A stretch of 63,953 nucleotides of DNA, the filler included, from Rhabdomonas costata (Eukaryota): assembly GCA_019059605.1 (NCBI GenBank). It is 35 parts of 35 records of this genome, joined end to end, with 100 filler letters (N's around TTAATTAATTAA, not from the genome) between each part and the next. Parts side by side here need not be neighbours in the genome. Positions count along the whole stretch, not along the records: positions 21,977 to 23,706 come from JAHMHO010009938.1; positions 23,807 to 25,536 come from JAHMHO010009939.1; positions 25,637 to 27,366 come from JAHMHO010009940.1; positions 27,467 to 29,193 come from JAHMHO010009941.1; positions 29,294 to 31,023 come from JAHMHO010009942.1; positions 31,124 to 32,853 come from JAHMHO010009943.1; positions 32,954 to 34,683 come from JAHMHO010009944.1; positions 34,784 to 36,513 come from JAHMHO010009945.1; 27 more parts are not named here. One strand, written 5' to 3'. A program made the position numbers and the translations under genes. Of this stretch, positions 23,701 through 35,266 are shown in pieces. The notes beneath the pieces are model-generated. The model saw only the letters and a list, made by a program, of their open reading frames with translations. It was not told the origin of the DNA and did not search any database. The first letter of the stretch is position 1. The number at the start of each line of letters is the position of its first letter.

Positions 23701-24482
23701 AACACANNNNNNNNNNNNNNNNNNNNNNNNNNNNNNNNNNNNNNNNNNNNTTAATTAATTAANNNNNNNNNNNNNNNNNNNNNNNNNNNNNNNNNNNNNN
23801 NNNNNNGGGGTGGGGTTCCCGTGCAGAATGGGGATGTGCGTTGGGTTGCAGGTGAAAGTCCAGGAGAGTTGCGCTGGTCTGGGGAAGGCGACAGTTTCTT
23901 GAGGGTACCTGGGAACCCGAAGAGTTTCCGGTGCGCTACTCACGCGGCCAAGTCAAGCGACCAAGTGACAACCAACGACAAATATACGAAATGACTGAAG
24001 AGAAACCTTTATACACTTGCTTGCCCAACCTGAATACCCCGGAAATGTTCGGTGATTCAAGGCAACAGAGAAATTTATAGTAGTGCAGCTTTCAAGAACA
24101 GAGTTACCGCAGTTTGCGTGTTTGTTGAAACCCTCTGGAAAAGTCCCTTGCTGTGGACCCGAACAGATAGTTCGCGATGAACCCATTATCGTGATAGTCT
24201 GCCGATCTTTATTGCGCGCGGAGGAGGAAGACATTTGGTATGATGCGCCGGCCGATGCACGTTTAAGCGTCACACTTTTGTGTATTTGGAGCTCCGCAGC
24301 TGGTCTTGCCATTGGCTCTGATTTCAGACGTGGATGCCAGTTCACCCACGTTGCTGAATTTTGCGAAAAGTCAAGGTTGGTTGCTTCAGTGTGGTAAAAT
24401 GGTGGTGGCATTAATTGCCTTTGGTCTGGGTGAAGACCCCGATGAAGCTCGACCTTGCCATCTTTCACGCCGTTGCCCGCAG

Positions 24483-25233
24483 TTGGGAGTGCTGCGCACG
24501 ATGGCTTTGGTGCTGAAGAGTGGCATGCGAGCGGAGTTGCTGCCTCATGCCGGAACGATTGCCAACATGGTGCTGCAGCAGTACGCTAAGCACAGGTTGT
24601 GTCACCCCCCCCCCCCCGTGGAGGGCCGACCAGGGAGGGAGAAAGAGGGTGTTTTTGGAGTTTGTGGGTTCGTTCCAGGGTTTAGTTGATATTTCGACCT
24701 GATGCGGGAACTGGGTTCGTGCGTCCGGGAAAGATTTTGAATCCTCATTTTCAGCTTTTTCAGACGTGCGATTGGTCCGAGGACTTGTCTTTGCATGTCA
24801 TCCCTTGAGGATGAACTGAACCTCTTCAATGGAAAGCCCATTTTTGCAGTCGAAATTCGAATCTCTGATGTACCTCACTGAGAATCGAAAGTAGCGTTAT
24901 GGACTGTATCGATATCGTCGATCACGCTGAGGTATCACGAAAGGAAACAGGTTGCATGGCTGTGGGCTTTGCCTCCCCGAGGTCCCCGAGAACCTCTCAC
25001 CTTGTACTCCATGCCTCAGGACGGGCACAATCACCCATTGCAAACTGCTGCTGAAGGTGGGTCAGCGGGTTGCTCTGGTGTTCCTGCCCAACCGGGTGGC
25101 GACGTGGCGGTACCAGAGGGGCCACCGCAGCCTGGTCTCCAACCTGGCCGCCCTGGGCCAAAGAAGTGCGGCCGCGGCCCAGCATGGGGTGACCACTGCG
25201 GCAGGGCAGGAGCAGTCCCCTGGAGAGGCGGAG
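24483..25233 (+). CDS. TBCD: Tubulin-specific chaperone D, internal exons
   Basis: Exons 24483-24595 and 25020-25233 give LGVLRTMALVLKSGMRAELLPHA...KLLLKVGQRVALVFLPNRVATWRYQRGHRSLVSNL, containing the TBCD signature WRYQRGxRSL. Confidence 0.9.
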
Positions 25234-25636
25234 GTTTGGTGCCTGCCCAACTTGGAGTGTATTAGTAGGGGGGAGGGGTAGATGGATGTAAGATTCAAAA
25301 CCTGCATCGCCCGGATTTACACTTACCAAGGGAAGGTGTATGCGTTGATACACGTCTTCTTCTACATGTCTTATACTATGCTTGTTGTAGCGTTTTGGGT
25401 TAGAGGTACCACATTGTTCTTGATACGGCATATTCGACATTTCGACCTTGGGCCGGAACGCTGCGCTCGGCGTCACAAGATCCTAGTAAGCACGCAAAAG
25501 GACGTCCTCATTGGGAAGGTGCTCACCCCACACCCCNNNNNNNNNNNNNNNNNNNNNNNNNNNNNNNNNNNNNNNNNNNNTTAATTAATTAANNNNNNNN
25601 NNNNNNNNNNNNNNNNNNNNNNNNNNNNNNNNNNNN

Positions 25637-26102
25637 GGTGGGTGTTGGAGGACGCCCTGTTCTTGATCGATGTGGTGCATAACACGGAGCTGGGGCTGAA
25701 CTTTGAGCCGATTTACCAGCTGGTTCCCGAGGCTATGGGCGCCCAAACCGCCGGGGAAGGTATGAGAACAACTTTTCGCTTGTCTGCGGGCGCCTTCCCT
25801 GTTATAAGCATTGTGATCTTATTGTCGTGGATGTGTTTTACACGTTGTGTATGGGCAGCGTTGACTTTCATGCCCCAAGTTGGTGGTTACAGAACGCCAT
25901 GCGCTTGCTGCTGGGATACTCATCGTGTTCGAGGATATTGGGGTTGCGTTGACGTTGCGTTGAGGTTGCCATTTAGCAATTTTGGGTCTCATGTCGTTAT
26001 TGGATGTGCTCACAGAGGAGTGGATGTACGTCTTCCGAGCGTCCACCGAGAACCCCTATCCAGAAAAGGAGTGGGCCAGTTGCGCCAGCGCCTTCCACCG
26101 AG
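25637..26102 (+). CDS. Uncharacterised protein, internal exons
   Basis: 25637-25759 (LEDALFLIDVVHNTELGLNFEPIYQLVPE...|GTATGA) joins in phase to the exon from 26016 (EEWMYVFRASTENPYPEK...). The 3' boundary is uncertain. Confidence 0.5.
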
Positions 26103-27544
26103 GCATTTGCCATGCCCTCGCGCGCTTCCATCTCGATTCTCTCCTCCCTTGTATTCACCTGTGCTCACCTCGCTATTCCTTCGCCTTCTCCCTATGTTGG
26201 CTCCCCAGTGCTTCACACACCCACGCACGTATCCTTTGTATTCTCGCGCATTGCCTCACCTCTCACCCCTCGACATCATTGTCCTGTTTACACTTTTTCT
26301 CCCTCTCCTTCTCTTTCCCGCACTCATCCCCGTTTTTTTTCCGCATGCTTGCCTGCTCAGTTGTGCAAATTCCTGGGCATGGTTGCTGTTGATGCTGTTT
26401 TTGGTCCATTACCAATTTGAAAATCGTAGATGTGCGTGTTTTTTGTGTTTCTGCTCCCCTTCATTGGTCTGCTCCCCTCCAACAGCGCGAAAGGCGCTGA
26501 GATGTATCGATTATTAGGTGCCCGGTATGATTTGTGGGGGTTTGGGGGTCCTGCTGCATTGCCGTGCGGTAGAAACCCTTGTCTGCACATTTCCGCTGCG
26601 TAAGGCCAGCTTACGCCCAGTATGATCCCAGCAGGAAGCACTCCTGAGGTCATCTCTTAGGAGGGCTATGCTGTGCAGTCGCGGCCGAAAGCTTATGCTC
26701 AGCCTGCGGGCACGAAAAGGGAAAACGGTCATGCGGGAGGGCTAAAAAGACAATAACGACGCCGACGCTATTTCAAGCCTGTCCAAAAATACCAAAATTT
26801 AATAGCGTCGTATTACAAATGGGAACAACACTATTTGAAAAATAGTAGCGGGGTTACAGCGCGGCTAACCGAATGAAACGTTCCTGAGGTGTCGGAAAAC
26901 GGCAGCCATGGGCAACTACAGGTGGCCGGCTCTGCCTGAGAGGGGTCCAAAACTGCAGACATAGGGCTTTTCTATAAGGTCGCATTCGTCTGCGCCGAGC
27001 AAACAGTGTCAGTACATTGTGCCCTCTTGGGTTCTCTCTTTCAAAAAGCACACACACACACACACACCACACTTTGTGCACTTGGTCAAGACGACTTTTC
27101 TGGGAAAGGGTCGCGTTAATCTTCCCCCCTCTTCTTCCACACACATCACACCCAAGCAAGGCATGGTTTTGGTGGAGGTCTTTTCTCTTCTTTCTGTCAC
27201 CATGCCTGACTGCTTCTCTGGGGACGGATCAACCCTCTCCTGCTGGGCCAGCTAGGCTACGACATTGGCTCAGTGTAAATGTTAGCTTGGTAGAACTGCC
27301 ATGACTGAAGTGATAACAAGTCTCTGTTATGTAATTTTCAAGTACGCCTCCTGTCCGCACGACAGGNNNNNNNNNNNNNNNNNNNNNNNNNNNNNNNNNN
27401 NNNNNNNNNNTTAATTAATTAANNNNNNNNNNNNNNNNNNNNNNNNNNNNNNNNNNNNNNNNNNNNGGGTTGTGGGTGATAGGGCCAAAGGCCTGCGTGG
27501 GAGCTCAGAAGAAGCCACGGATGGGCCGAACTAAGCGAACAAAC

Positions 27545-28232
27545 CTGACTTGGAGGGGACGCGTCTGAGGTGGCATAGTGTGCCTGTCATGCAGGGTGGC
27601 GATCGCGAGGTCGGCCTGCAAAACAAATTGTATTAAGAGATTAAGGTATCAAAGGGCTAAAAGTTGCGTGTCGTGTATGTATCCTCTTCAGATAAAAATT
27701 GCTACAAAGTCGCTTCGCGGGAGCACACGTAACAACTTGCCACGGGTGAGGAGGTTGGAATATGAAAGGAATCAACGGACAATGGGACTAAGTTGCCACA
27801 CACGCCGAAAAACAAACAAACCTCCTCCCTGCTGTGAAAGGTCACAAATGCGGCACCCTTGCTGATTCCGGTGGCTTTATCTCGCATGACGTACACCTGT
27901 GTGAAAAAACCGACCATGACTTTCCCACATTCCAAATTTAGATTTCATCTCCCGCCTCTCGTTATCATTCAAGAAAAGGATAGCTACAGTTTCTGGAGCG
28001 AGGTTAAGTGTGATATTCCCCAATCCCTCACTTACACTTTGACATGACTTCGATCACAACGTTGTGTTTTCGCGCATCTGGAGAAAAGGAGAAACAGTAA
28101 AGAGTAAGCAAAAATGGGGTGATCAGAACAAACCTCGGCCACTTTTCCGAAGGCTTCGAAGACGGCCTTCACCTGCTGTTCATCTGCCGCACTTGGGATC
28201 TGACCCACGAACAACTTCACGGGAGCCGCCAT
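27545..28232 (-). CDS. CELF/Bruno-like RRM protein, first exons
   Basis: Exons 28232-28134, 27896-27822 and 27615-~27545 give MAAPVKLFVGQIP...VYVMRDKATGISKGAAFVTF...ADLAIATLHDRHTMPPQTRPLQV, matching the CELF RRM1 pattern. Confidence 0.9.
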
Positions 28233-29098
28233 CGAAGTGAAGTAAAAAAATGGGATCACAGTAAAAGTATAAAAAGATGGGGGAAATCGCTGAAGGATGG
28301 TGTGTAGTATGTGACGGCACAATCGCAGTTAATATTTTATTTTGCATACTTTATGGCAGACTCTCTTCAACAACAGAGGCAGAGAGACGCTCAGGCAAAT
28401 CATCTAGATGAATTCCAGGAGCCTATCTCGGGAACGTGCTCAACACAGCAAAGAGACTCAAGATGAACTAAATCCGAAGCCGAAGCAAGTCTGGGGTCTT
28501 TTAATTCCAGGGTGCCTCCAAAAACGCTGCGTGGCCGTTCCTGCACCCTCAGGCAGATACCCACCCGTGCCCTATGGCGGCCTCTATGCAAACTCCTCTC
28601 TGCTCTCAGAACAGAGAGACTCGCGGCAAGTACATTCCCATGTGACCTGGTCCAGAGATGCACCTCTCTCTCTCTCTCTCATGATACTGGCTCAGGCCTG
28701 GTAACAAAAAAAGGCTCAAAGGGAAGTCACCACCTCAATGATAGGCCACAACTAATCCAATCTAATCCTGTCCCCCCCCCCCCCCGATCGCAGCGGAGGG
28801 TTTATCGACGGCACCCACATCGTATTACTACCAAAAATTGAATGTCTGGAGATTTTTGACGAGTCAGCAGAGAACGCTGCGAGGCTGGCGTGTGCCCAAG
28901 AAGTACCCATCCTTTCATGTCTGAACGGTGACTGAACCCTTAGCATATACACTTCTGAAAAGAGAATCGCCATTGACTCCCTCGGTCATGTCTCCGACTA
29001 GTCGATGCATTCTGCAGGACTAGCCCTGGACCAAAAGAAACGCAGCATACAGTCACAGCTTACCCACTTTAGAACAGCACGAGCCGAGTCAAAGTGAA

Positions 29099-29134
<36 letters not shown>

Positions 29135-29293
29135 CGGCAGATCATGCCACCCTTCACGGGGGGAAGGATGGCCGGAACTCTCCTCCGCCACGCNNNNNNN
29201 NNNNNNNNNNNNNNNNNNNNNNNNNNNNNNNNNNNNNTTAATTAATTAANNNNNNNNNNNNNNNNNNNNNNNNNNNNNNNNNNNNNNNNNNNN

Positions 29294-29437
29294 CGCAAGC
29301 GCTCCCTTCGAGAACGAGCACGGCTGTACAAAGTGGCAGAGATTGCCAAGGTAAAAAAGATACCAACTGGGCTGAGAAGGTCCCCCCACATGAGAACTAC
29401 GCGCACTTGCTTCAGCCAAAGGCATTCCGGAGCCCGC
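29294..29437. repeat. 144-bp near-perfect direct repeat, truncated by the contig edge; partner at 30570-30713
   Basis: The two copies differ at 2 positions. Confidence 0.95.
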
Positions 29438-30687
29438 TGGTCACGTGGTCCAGATCAATGGAGGCGACAGGATAAACCTCCTCAACGGTAATGTACGACG
29501 CCCTTGAGGGAGGGGGCAGTATGTACTAGTGCAATCAGCTTCAACCCTTGCAGCACTCAGTTTGGAGGTCGGAAGATAAAGCGTGGCAAAGACAGAATTG
29601 CAGCGAGGCAAGAATATAGGGATGACGAGGTGGTGCGGGGAGGGATGGGGGAAGCCACCAGAGATGAAGGGTGTGAAGATGTTTGCGGACGTCACGAGGC
29701 AAAGCGAAAAGGGGTTATTGGTGGGAGGGTGGGGACAATACTTTGGCCGGCATGCCGGCTCGTGGGAAGTCCCCAGAAAGGCATGAACGCGAGAGGGGGT
29801 TGGGGAAAAAGTGAGGAAGGAGGTATCTTACATGACGGTGCAAAAAACAGCGGTGGAAAAGATAGGAGGAAGGTATCAACCACAAGAGCAAGGGAGCAGC
29901 ACAGCCTACAAGGTGAAGAGCACGGGTCCATACCAGCACGACAACAAAGCAAGAAAGCTGAACAGCAAAAAGACAAAAAGGTTGAAGGCAGGGTAAGAAT
30001 ATGCCAAGGCGAAGGAGATGAACTGACAACACCATATTCTACACCGAAAGGTAATGTGAACACCAACCAACTCCCTCCGGTTTAACTGGGACTGCTTCTT
30101 CGCGTGAGGAGAGACATCATCCCACAACACCCCCCCCCCTCCGTCCGGCTACGGTCGCAGGGTCACAATCCTCTCTAATGAGGGCACAAACACTAAAGTT
30201 GGAAACCTCTACAGGGGAGAAAACGAAAACCAAGCCAGAAAAGCGCCCCCCATAAAGTGGGAAATGCGCCAAGGCCATGTCGGTCACCCGTGAGGAAAAA
30301 GTACGATGCAACTCGAGAAGTGTGTGTGTGTGTGTGTGCGAGTACTCGTGTAGGTGTCAACGCGGGCAAGTTCCACTCTGTCATGTATTATCGCAGCATG
30401 CGTAATCGCGCGAAGAGAGGACCCTCAAATGAAATATAGACACCCCAAAAGGCTGCTCTTGTTTTTTTTAGCATACCCGTGAAACGGGAATCTGGGGGAT
30501 GGGGTGCGGAGCGGAGAGAAGACAGAACATCGGCTTGCTGACGCTACAACAAGAAGTGCTGCACCGAATCGCAAGCGCTCCCCTCGAGAACGAGCACGGC
30601 TGTACAAAGTGGCAGAGATTGCCAAGGTAAAAAAGATACCAACTGGGCTGAGAAGGTCCCCCCACATGAGAACTACGCGCACTTGCT

Positions 30688-30780
30688 TCAGCCAAATGCA
30701 TTCCGGAGCCCGCGGGCCAGATCAGCCGTGATGTCAACCTCGGCCACCCTCCTCCGCCGCCGCAAGGTGGTATGTGGGTC
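30688..30780 (-). CDS. Probable terminal exon ending ...GLRNAFG*
   Basis: TTTTGCAG acceptor followed by a 93-nt open exon, DPHTTLRRRRRVAEVDITADLARGLRNAFG-TGA. Confidence 0.5.
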   Translation of the reverse strand, partial: DPHTTLRRRRRVAEVDITADLARGLRNAFG

Positions 30781-31215
30781 CTGCAAAACAAAAACACGTA
30801 CATACTGACGGACGGGGGGAGGGGGGGCGCATGTCACTTTGAAAAACCCATCAGGTCAGCCACGAGACATAGAGCAGAAAAAGTTCCAATAGGGTGTATG
30901 TGGATATGATGCAGATTCACGCGCCCCTTACCCAAAGCCCCCAAACCAAAGGCGGATGCACTATGCGCAGGTACAAGCGCTTCGTAATTTGAAACGTGCT
31001 CATGTATTGAACTGAAAACTCTANNNNNNNNNNNNNNNNNNNNNNNNNNNNNNNNNNNNNNNNNNNNTTAATTAATTAANNNNNNNNNNNNNNNNNNNNN
31101 NNNNNNNNNNNNNNNNNNNNNNNTTGTGTTGTTGTGCTCTGTCTTGCCTTCCGGGTTGCTAGAAAAAAGGTTTCCGCAAGGAAACTCTTATTTTGACTCT
31201 GAAACCTTTTTCCAG

Positions 31216-32457
31216 GCTTGGATTGGCTCTCTTTGGCCTGGGCTCGGCGTTCTTCGCAGTTAAGTCGGCCGTTTTCATTGGTATGGCTTCCGCATTGCTC
31301 TTTTTTTGTTTCGCTACTTGTTTTAGCTTCATCATCCCAGTTAGGTTTTGTGATTCTGTTTGGTTTTGCTGCTGTTCTCAGTGGACGCGGGTGAAAGTGC
31401 GGTGGTGTTCGACCGCTTTCGTGGGGTACTTCCTCATCACTATGGCGAAGGCATTAACTTCGTCATTCCCATTCTTCAAACCCCTTACACCTACGACATC
31501 CGAATTCGGCCACGAGAGATTTCTACCAGGAGCGGAACCAAAGGTTTTCAACTGTCAGCTCGCGTTAGAGAGGTTTGCCATGTTTCTTTCTTTCTGGGAA
31601 TACTTTTCTGTCCGAAACTCTTCACACAGATCAGCAGCAAGTCAACATAAAGCTCCGAGTGCTCCACCGTCCAATTGTGGAAAAGCTGCCTTGGCTCTTC
31701 GAAACATACGGTGTGCACGTCCCTCATGGAAAACGCTGAAAGTTTTTTGCTTTGGTCTTCCTTTCTTTGGTTTTCTGTTGTGCTGTCAAGGGATGGATTA
31801 TGACGAGAGGATTCTGCCTTCGATTGGAAACGAAATTCTCAAGGCGGTTGTGGTATGCTTTTTTTGAATGGATTGGACTGTTGTATTTCTGAACATTTTG
31901 GTTTGATTGGTTGATCTTTTGTTATGGTTGTTTGGCAATGGAAAACTTCGTATTTATGTTCTGGAAACGGTATCGTCGGTACTCTTTTTTTCTGAGAATT
32001 CCATGGTGAACAGAAAACCCGATCACAAGCCCACCCCGCGCACCTTCTTCCTGGGAGGCTCCTACGCAAGGAATCACGAACGCAGACGCTGTGCATCGGG
32101 GGAGGGGGGCGGTATGGGTCAGATGCATTTGGTGGCTTCTTTTTTGACGCGTCCAACTCATCATTTCATCATCAGTATCGAACTCGTCGATACTCGTCCA
32201 TCGATGAAATTTCTGAGGTACGTGCATTTGTTATTGCGCAGGCTCAGTTTAATGCGGAGGAGCTCATCACAAAGCGAGAGCTAGTTTCGCTGAAGATCCG
32301 ACAGATTATGGAAGTCCGCGCACGAACGGACTATGGCATGGTTTTGGACGATATTTCGCTGATGGATGTCAAGTTCAGCCAGGAGTTCATGCACGCCGTG
32401 GAGATGAAGCAGGTCGCTCAGCAAGAAGCGGAGCGGTACAAGTACGTCGTGGACAAG
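31216..32457 (+). CDS. PHB1: Prohibitin (SPFH domain), PHB1-type, partial
   Basis: Exons 31216-31280, 31382-31543, 31630-31710, 31791-31852 and 32242-32457 are all GT-AG and in phase: VDAGESAVVFDRFRGV...SGTKDQQQVNIKLRVLHRP...[32 protein letters not shown]...KQVAQQEAER. Confidence 0.96.
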
Positions 32458-32653
32458 GTTCGTGGTTTCAGTATGGTTCCTTCGCTTGCATATTTTTTTG
32501 GGAGACACTGTTCATTGCTCACTTTATTTTTGTGAACACAACACCTACCTCTTCCTTCCTACCTCTTTCCTTATTATTGTTGCTTATTCCGTATTATGTT
32601 TCCACTCAAAGACTTTTTACTTGTGCCTCACAGCCTTTATATCGCGTCCCACC

Positions 32654-32687
32654 TTACATTACATTACATTACATTACATTACATTAC
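32654..32687. repeat. (TTACA)n pentamer tandem repeat
   Basis: About 7 units, directly visible. Confidence 0.95.
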
Positions 32688-33601
32688 GTAAGATGAGGCT
32701 GGTACCCCCGGGGGGTCTCTAGGTGTCTTGGTCTCGACACCGCAGGTAGGTGGGGTTAGGTGCCCTTGCGTCCCGAAGTCAGGCTGGGTCCTGGGGGTAG
32801 GGTCAGAGGGTCCCGAGGTGTCTGGCATCGGGTGTAGGTGCACCCAACCCCACNNNNNNNNNNNNNNNNNNNNNNNNNNNNNNNNNNNNNNNNNNNNTTA
32901 ATTAATTAANNNNNNNNNNNNNNNNNNNNNNNNNNNNNNNNNNNNNNNNNNNNTGTTGTGGGTGATTGACTTGCACAAAAGGACTTTTCTCCAAGCGCAT
33001 GCGTCTCAAAGTCTGCGCTTTTCTGAACGGCAATGGGATGTGCATGAGCATGTGCATGTGTAAGTGGAACGCACAATAGAAAGTCATTCTGCAGTGCATG
33101 CGTGTGAGATCGCTGATTTGTGAGACCGATGATTTTCCGTGGTCTTTTTCCCGCGGTAGGACTAGAACAGGGTGCTGGGAGTGTAGTGCACGCACGTCAG
33201 CTATCAGGTTTTCGGTGCGGGCTCCAGCTCATTAACTCCAACGGCAGTGGGTATCTGTGACGTCTGCACCTGTGTGTCGCTGTGCTACTTCTAGTTACTT
33301 GCACAGCATGAACCTGTCAACCTGCTGAAGCTGTGCATTATTTGGTTGTTGTGGTGACTTTTCCATCACTGATCTTGAAAGTGTTCGTGCGCAGGTATTT
33401 TTTCTGAATACTACAGTGGTCGCACAGAAAAGTTAGCACTACATCGCGTGGGCACCAGAAATTTCGTCCTTGCTCACACCTCTCCGGTTACTAAGATATC
33501 CCTACCATCCTCGATACAATCTATGATGGGTCCAAGCTCCTCCATGCTGGGCTAAAAGAGGAGCAGTTCGCGCGTGCGCGCGCGCGCACACACACACACA
33601 C

Positions 33602-34631
33602 CGCCTGGCCAAAGTAATCCGCCTTGTGAGTCTCGGTGTTAAACTCCACATCGGGCAAGCCCGTGTGCATCCCCATCCGCACACGCAGCCTGAGAGAAGC
33701 ATCCCGTCGAAGGCGCCTCTCATCGGATTGGGAGATAGCAGATTACCTCGGCTCGTCGGCTTTAAAAAAAACTTTACCTCGCTTTGCATGCCGACTGCGT
33801 TTGGACAGCTCATGTATGTGACCGTGTACTCACGTGCAGTGCCGAACGGTTCGTTAAAAGCAACCCCGGCTGGTACAACTGGTACAAGAAGCAGAAATAC
33901 CCACTGAAAAGCACTGTGATGCCGTCCGGGGCGAGAACCCTCGCACAGGAGGGGAACGCCAGCAGCAGAGGGTCCCACGGCGCCGCGGTGAGCTCCCGCT
34001 GGGCGTCCACAGCGAAGTCCACCGCGTCGTCGGCCCACCAGAAGGCGATCATGAACGCATCCCCTGTTGGAGCACGCATTTGGGGGAAGGTCGGGGGTGT
34101 GTTGGAAGGATGCTGTCAACACCGAACCCTAAAACCCGACAAACCCTGCAGTTGATCCAAGTCCATCTGAACGACATAATGCTGTGCTCATAGTGATGGA
34201 TCATATGCAGGAAAACGAGCCTGAATCTTCTTTAACATAAAAAAATTTACAGGGCTTTGCGGCTTCTGTGCTTGTGGTCCCTGCCGCTTTTCGGGGTTTT
34301 TTAGGGCATTGCTGCACAAAATCGCTGCGCGCCAGTCATCGCGCCCTAGGCCGGTATCAACATGTATCCTGCATGTCAAGAAAAATCAAACAAAGGGAAA
34401 AGAGAGGGGCGTGTATGTGTGCGCGGCAGGGGGGCGCGGTGAAGGCATTCCTTCGGTCTTCACCTCGTAGCCGCGGTGTGCGGCGATCTGGTGCCGGAGG
34501 ATGCTGTTGTGTAGCTCCAGCGCGGCCTTCATCACCCCCACAGGCATCCGGTCCCACAGGGCAGTGCTGTCCTGCACGTCGGTGAACATAAGGGTAACCT
34601 CCCCGCGAGGCGCGGCGGCGAGGACTCGGCT
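33602..34631 (-). CDS. Class III adenylate cyclase catalytic domain (receptor-type), partial
   Basis: Exons ~34631-34451, 34063-33901 and 33689-33602 give EVTLMFTDVQDSTALW...GYEVKTEG|DAFMIAF...LFSG|LRVRMGMHTG...ADYFGQA. Confidence 0.95.
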
Positions 34632-35019
34632 CCTAAGCGGCAGCCGCCGAACAGTCCGTCGACCCCAACCTCCACACCCCCACNNNNNNNNNNNNNNNNN
34701 NNNNNNNNNNNNNNNNNNNNNNNNNNNTTAATTAATTAANNNNNNNNNNNNNNNNNNNNNNNNNNNNNNNNNNNNNNNNNNNNAAGGGTGGAGGGGCAAG
34801 AGAACCCTGTCCGCTGCTATATGCTCAAATATTTCGAAAAAGGGACAGCCATGCCTACACCACATACTCTGGACGGGATTCCGGTGGTTTCCAGTAGTTC
34901 CCTATGAATTCCAACTGAAAGTGCTTTATATTAGCCGCCTCTGAATCGCGGTTGACACTTGATCGATACCTTTGAGGTTGCACGTTTTCTTTCACGGGGG
35001 AGAGAGGAAGGGAAAGGAC

Positions 35020-35266
35020 CAGCGGCGGAGTGCTCGGCGGGGTCCACAAAGCCAGGATTGGAGCGGAACAGCACGAAGTACATCACATCGGCGGCCAGGC
35101 AACTGGCCACAAAGGCCAGCGCGGCATGTGGCCGGCCCGTGGCCCACGCCTCCGTGATAAAGTTGGCTCGAGAGAAGGTCACGTACAGCGTGGAGAGCTG
35201 CACGGCGGCCCAAAAGCACGCTGCGCCCCCCGCCGCCCGATCGTGCGTGGTAGACGAGGAGGCCAT
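35020..35266 (-). CDS. Probable DHHC palmitoyltransferase, first exon
   Basis: Two hydrophobic segments followed by SNPGFV (DPG-like motif) and a GT donor. The DHHC motif itself is not on the contig. Confidence 0.6.

Noticed and set aside
24328-24482. Euglenid-type non-conventional intron upstream of the TBCD exon at 24483
   Set aside because: The putative exon 24328-24375 is out of phase with GT-AG splicing, but its homology is too weak to fix boundaries and the end-pairing is unconvincing.
25642-26517. Longest ORF in the track (291 aa) as one membrane protein
   Set aside because: It runs through a GTATGA donor and pyrimidine-rich intron sequence; its hydrophobicity reflects T/C-rich non-coding DNA.
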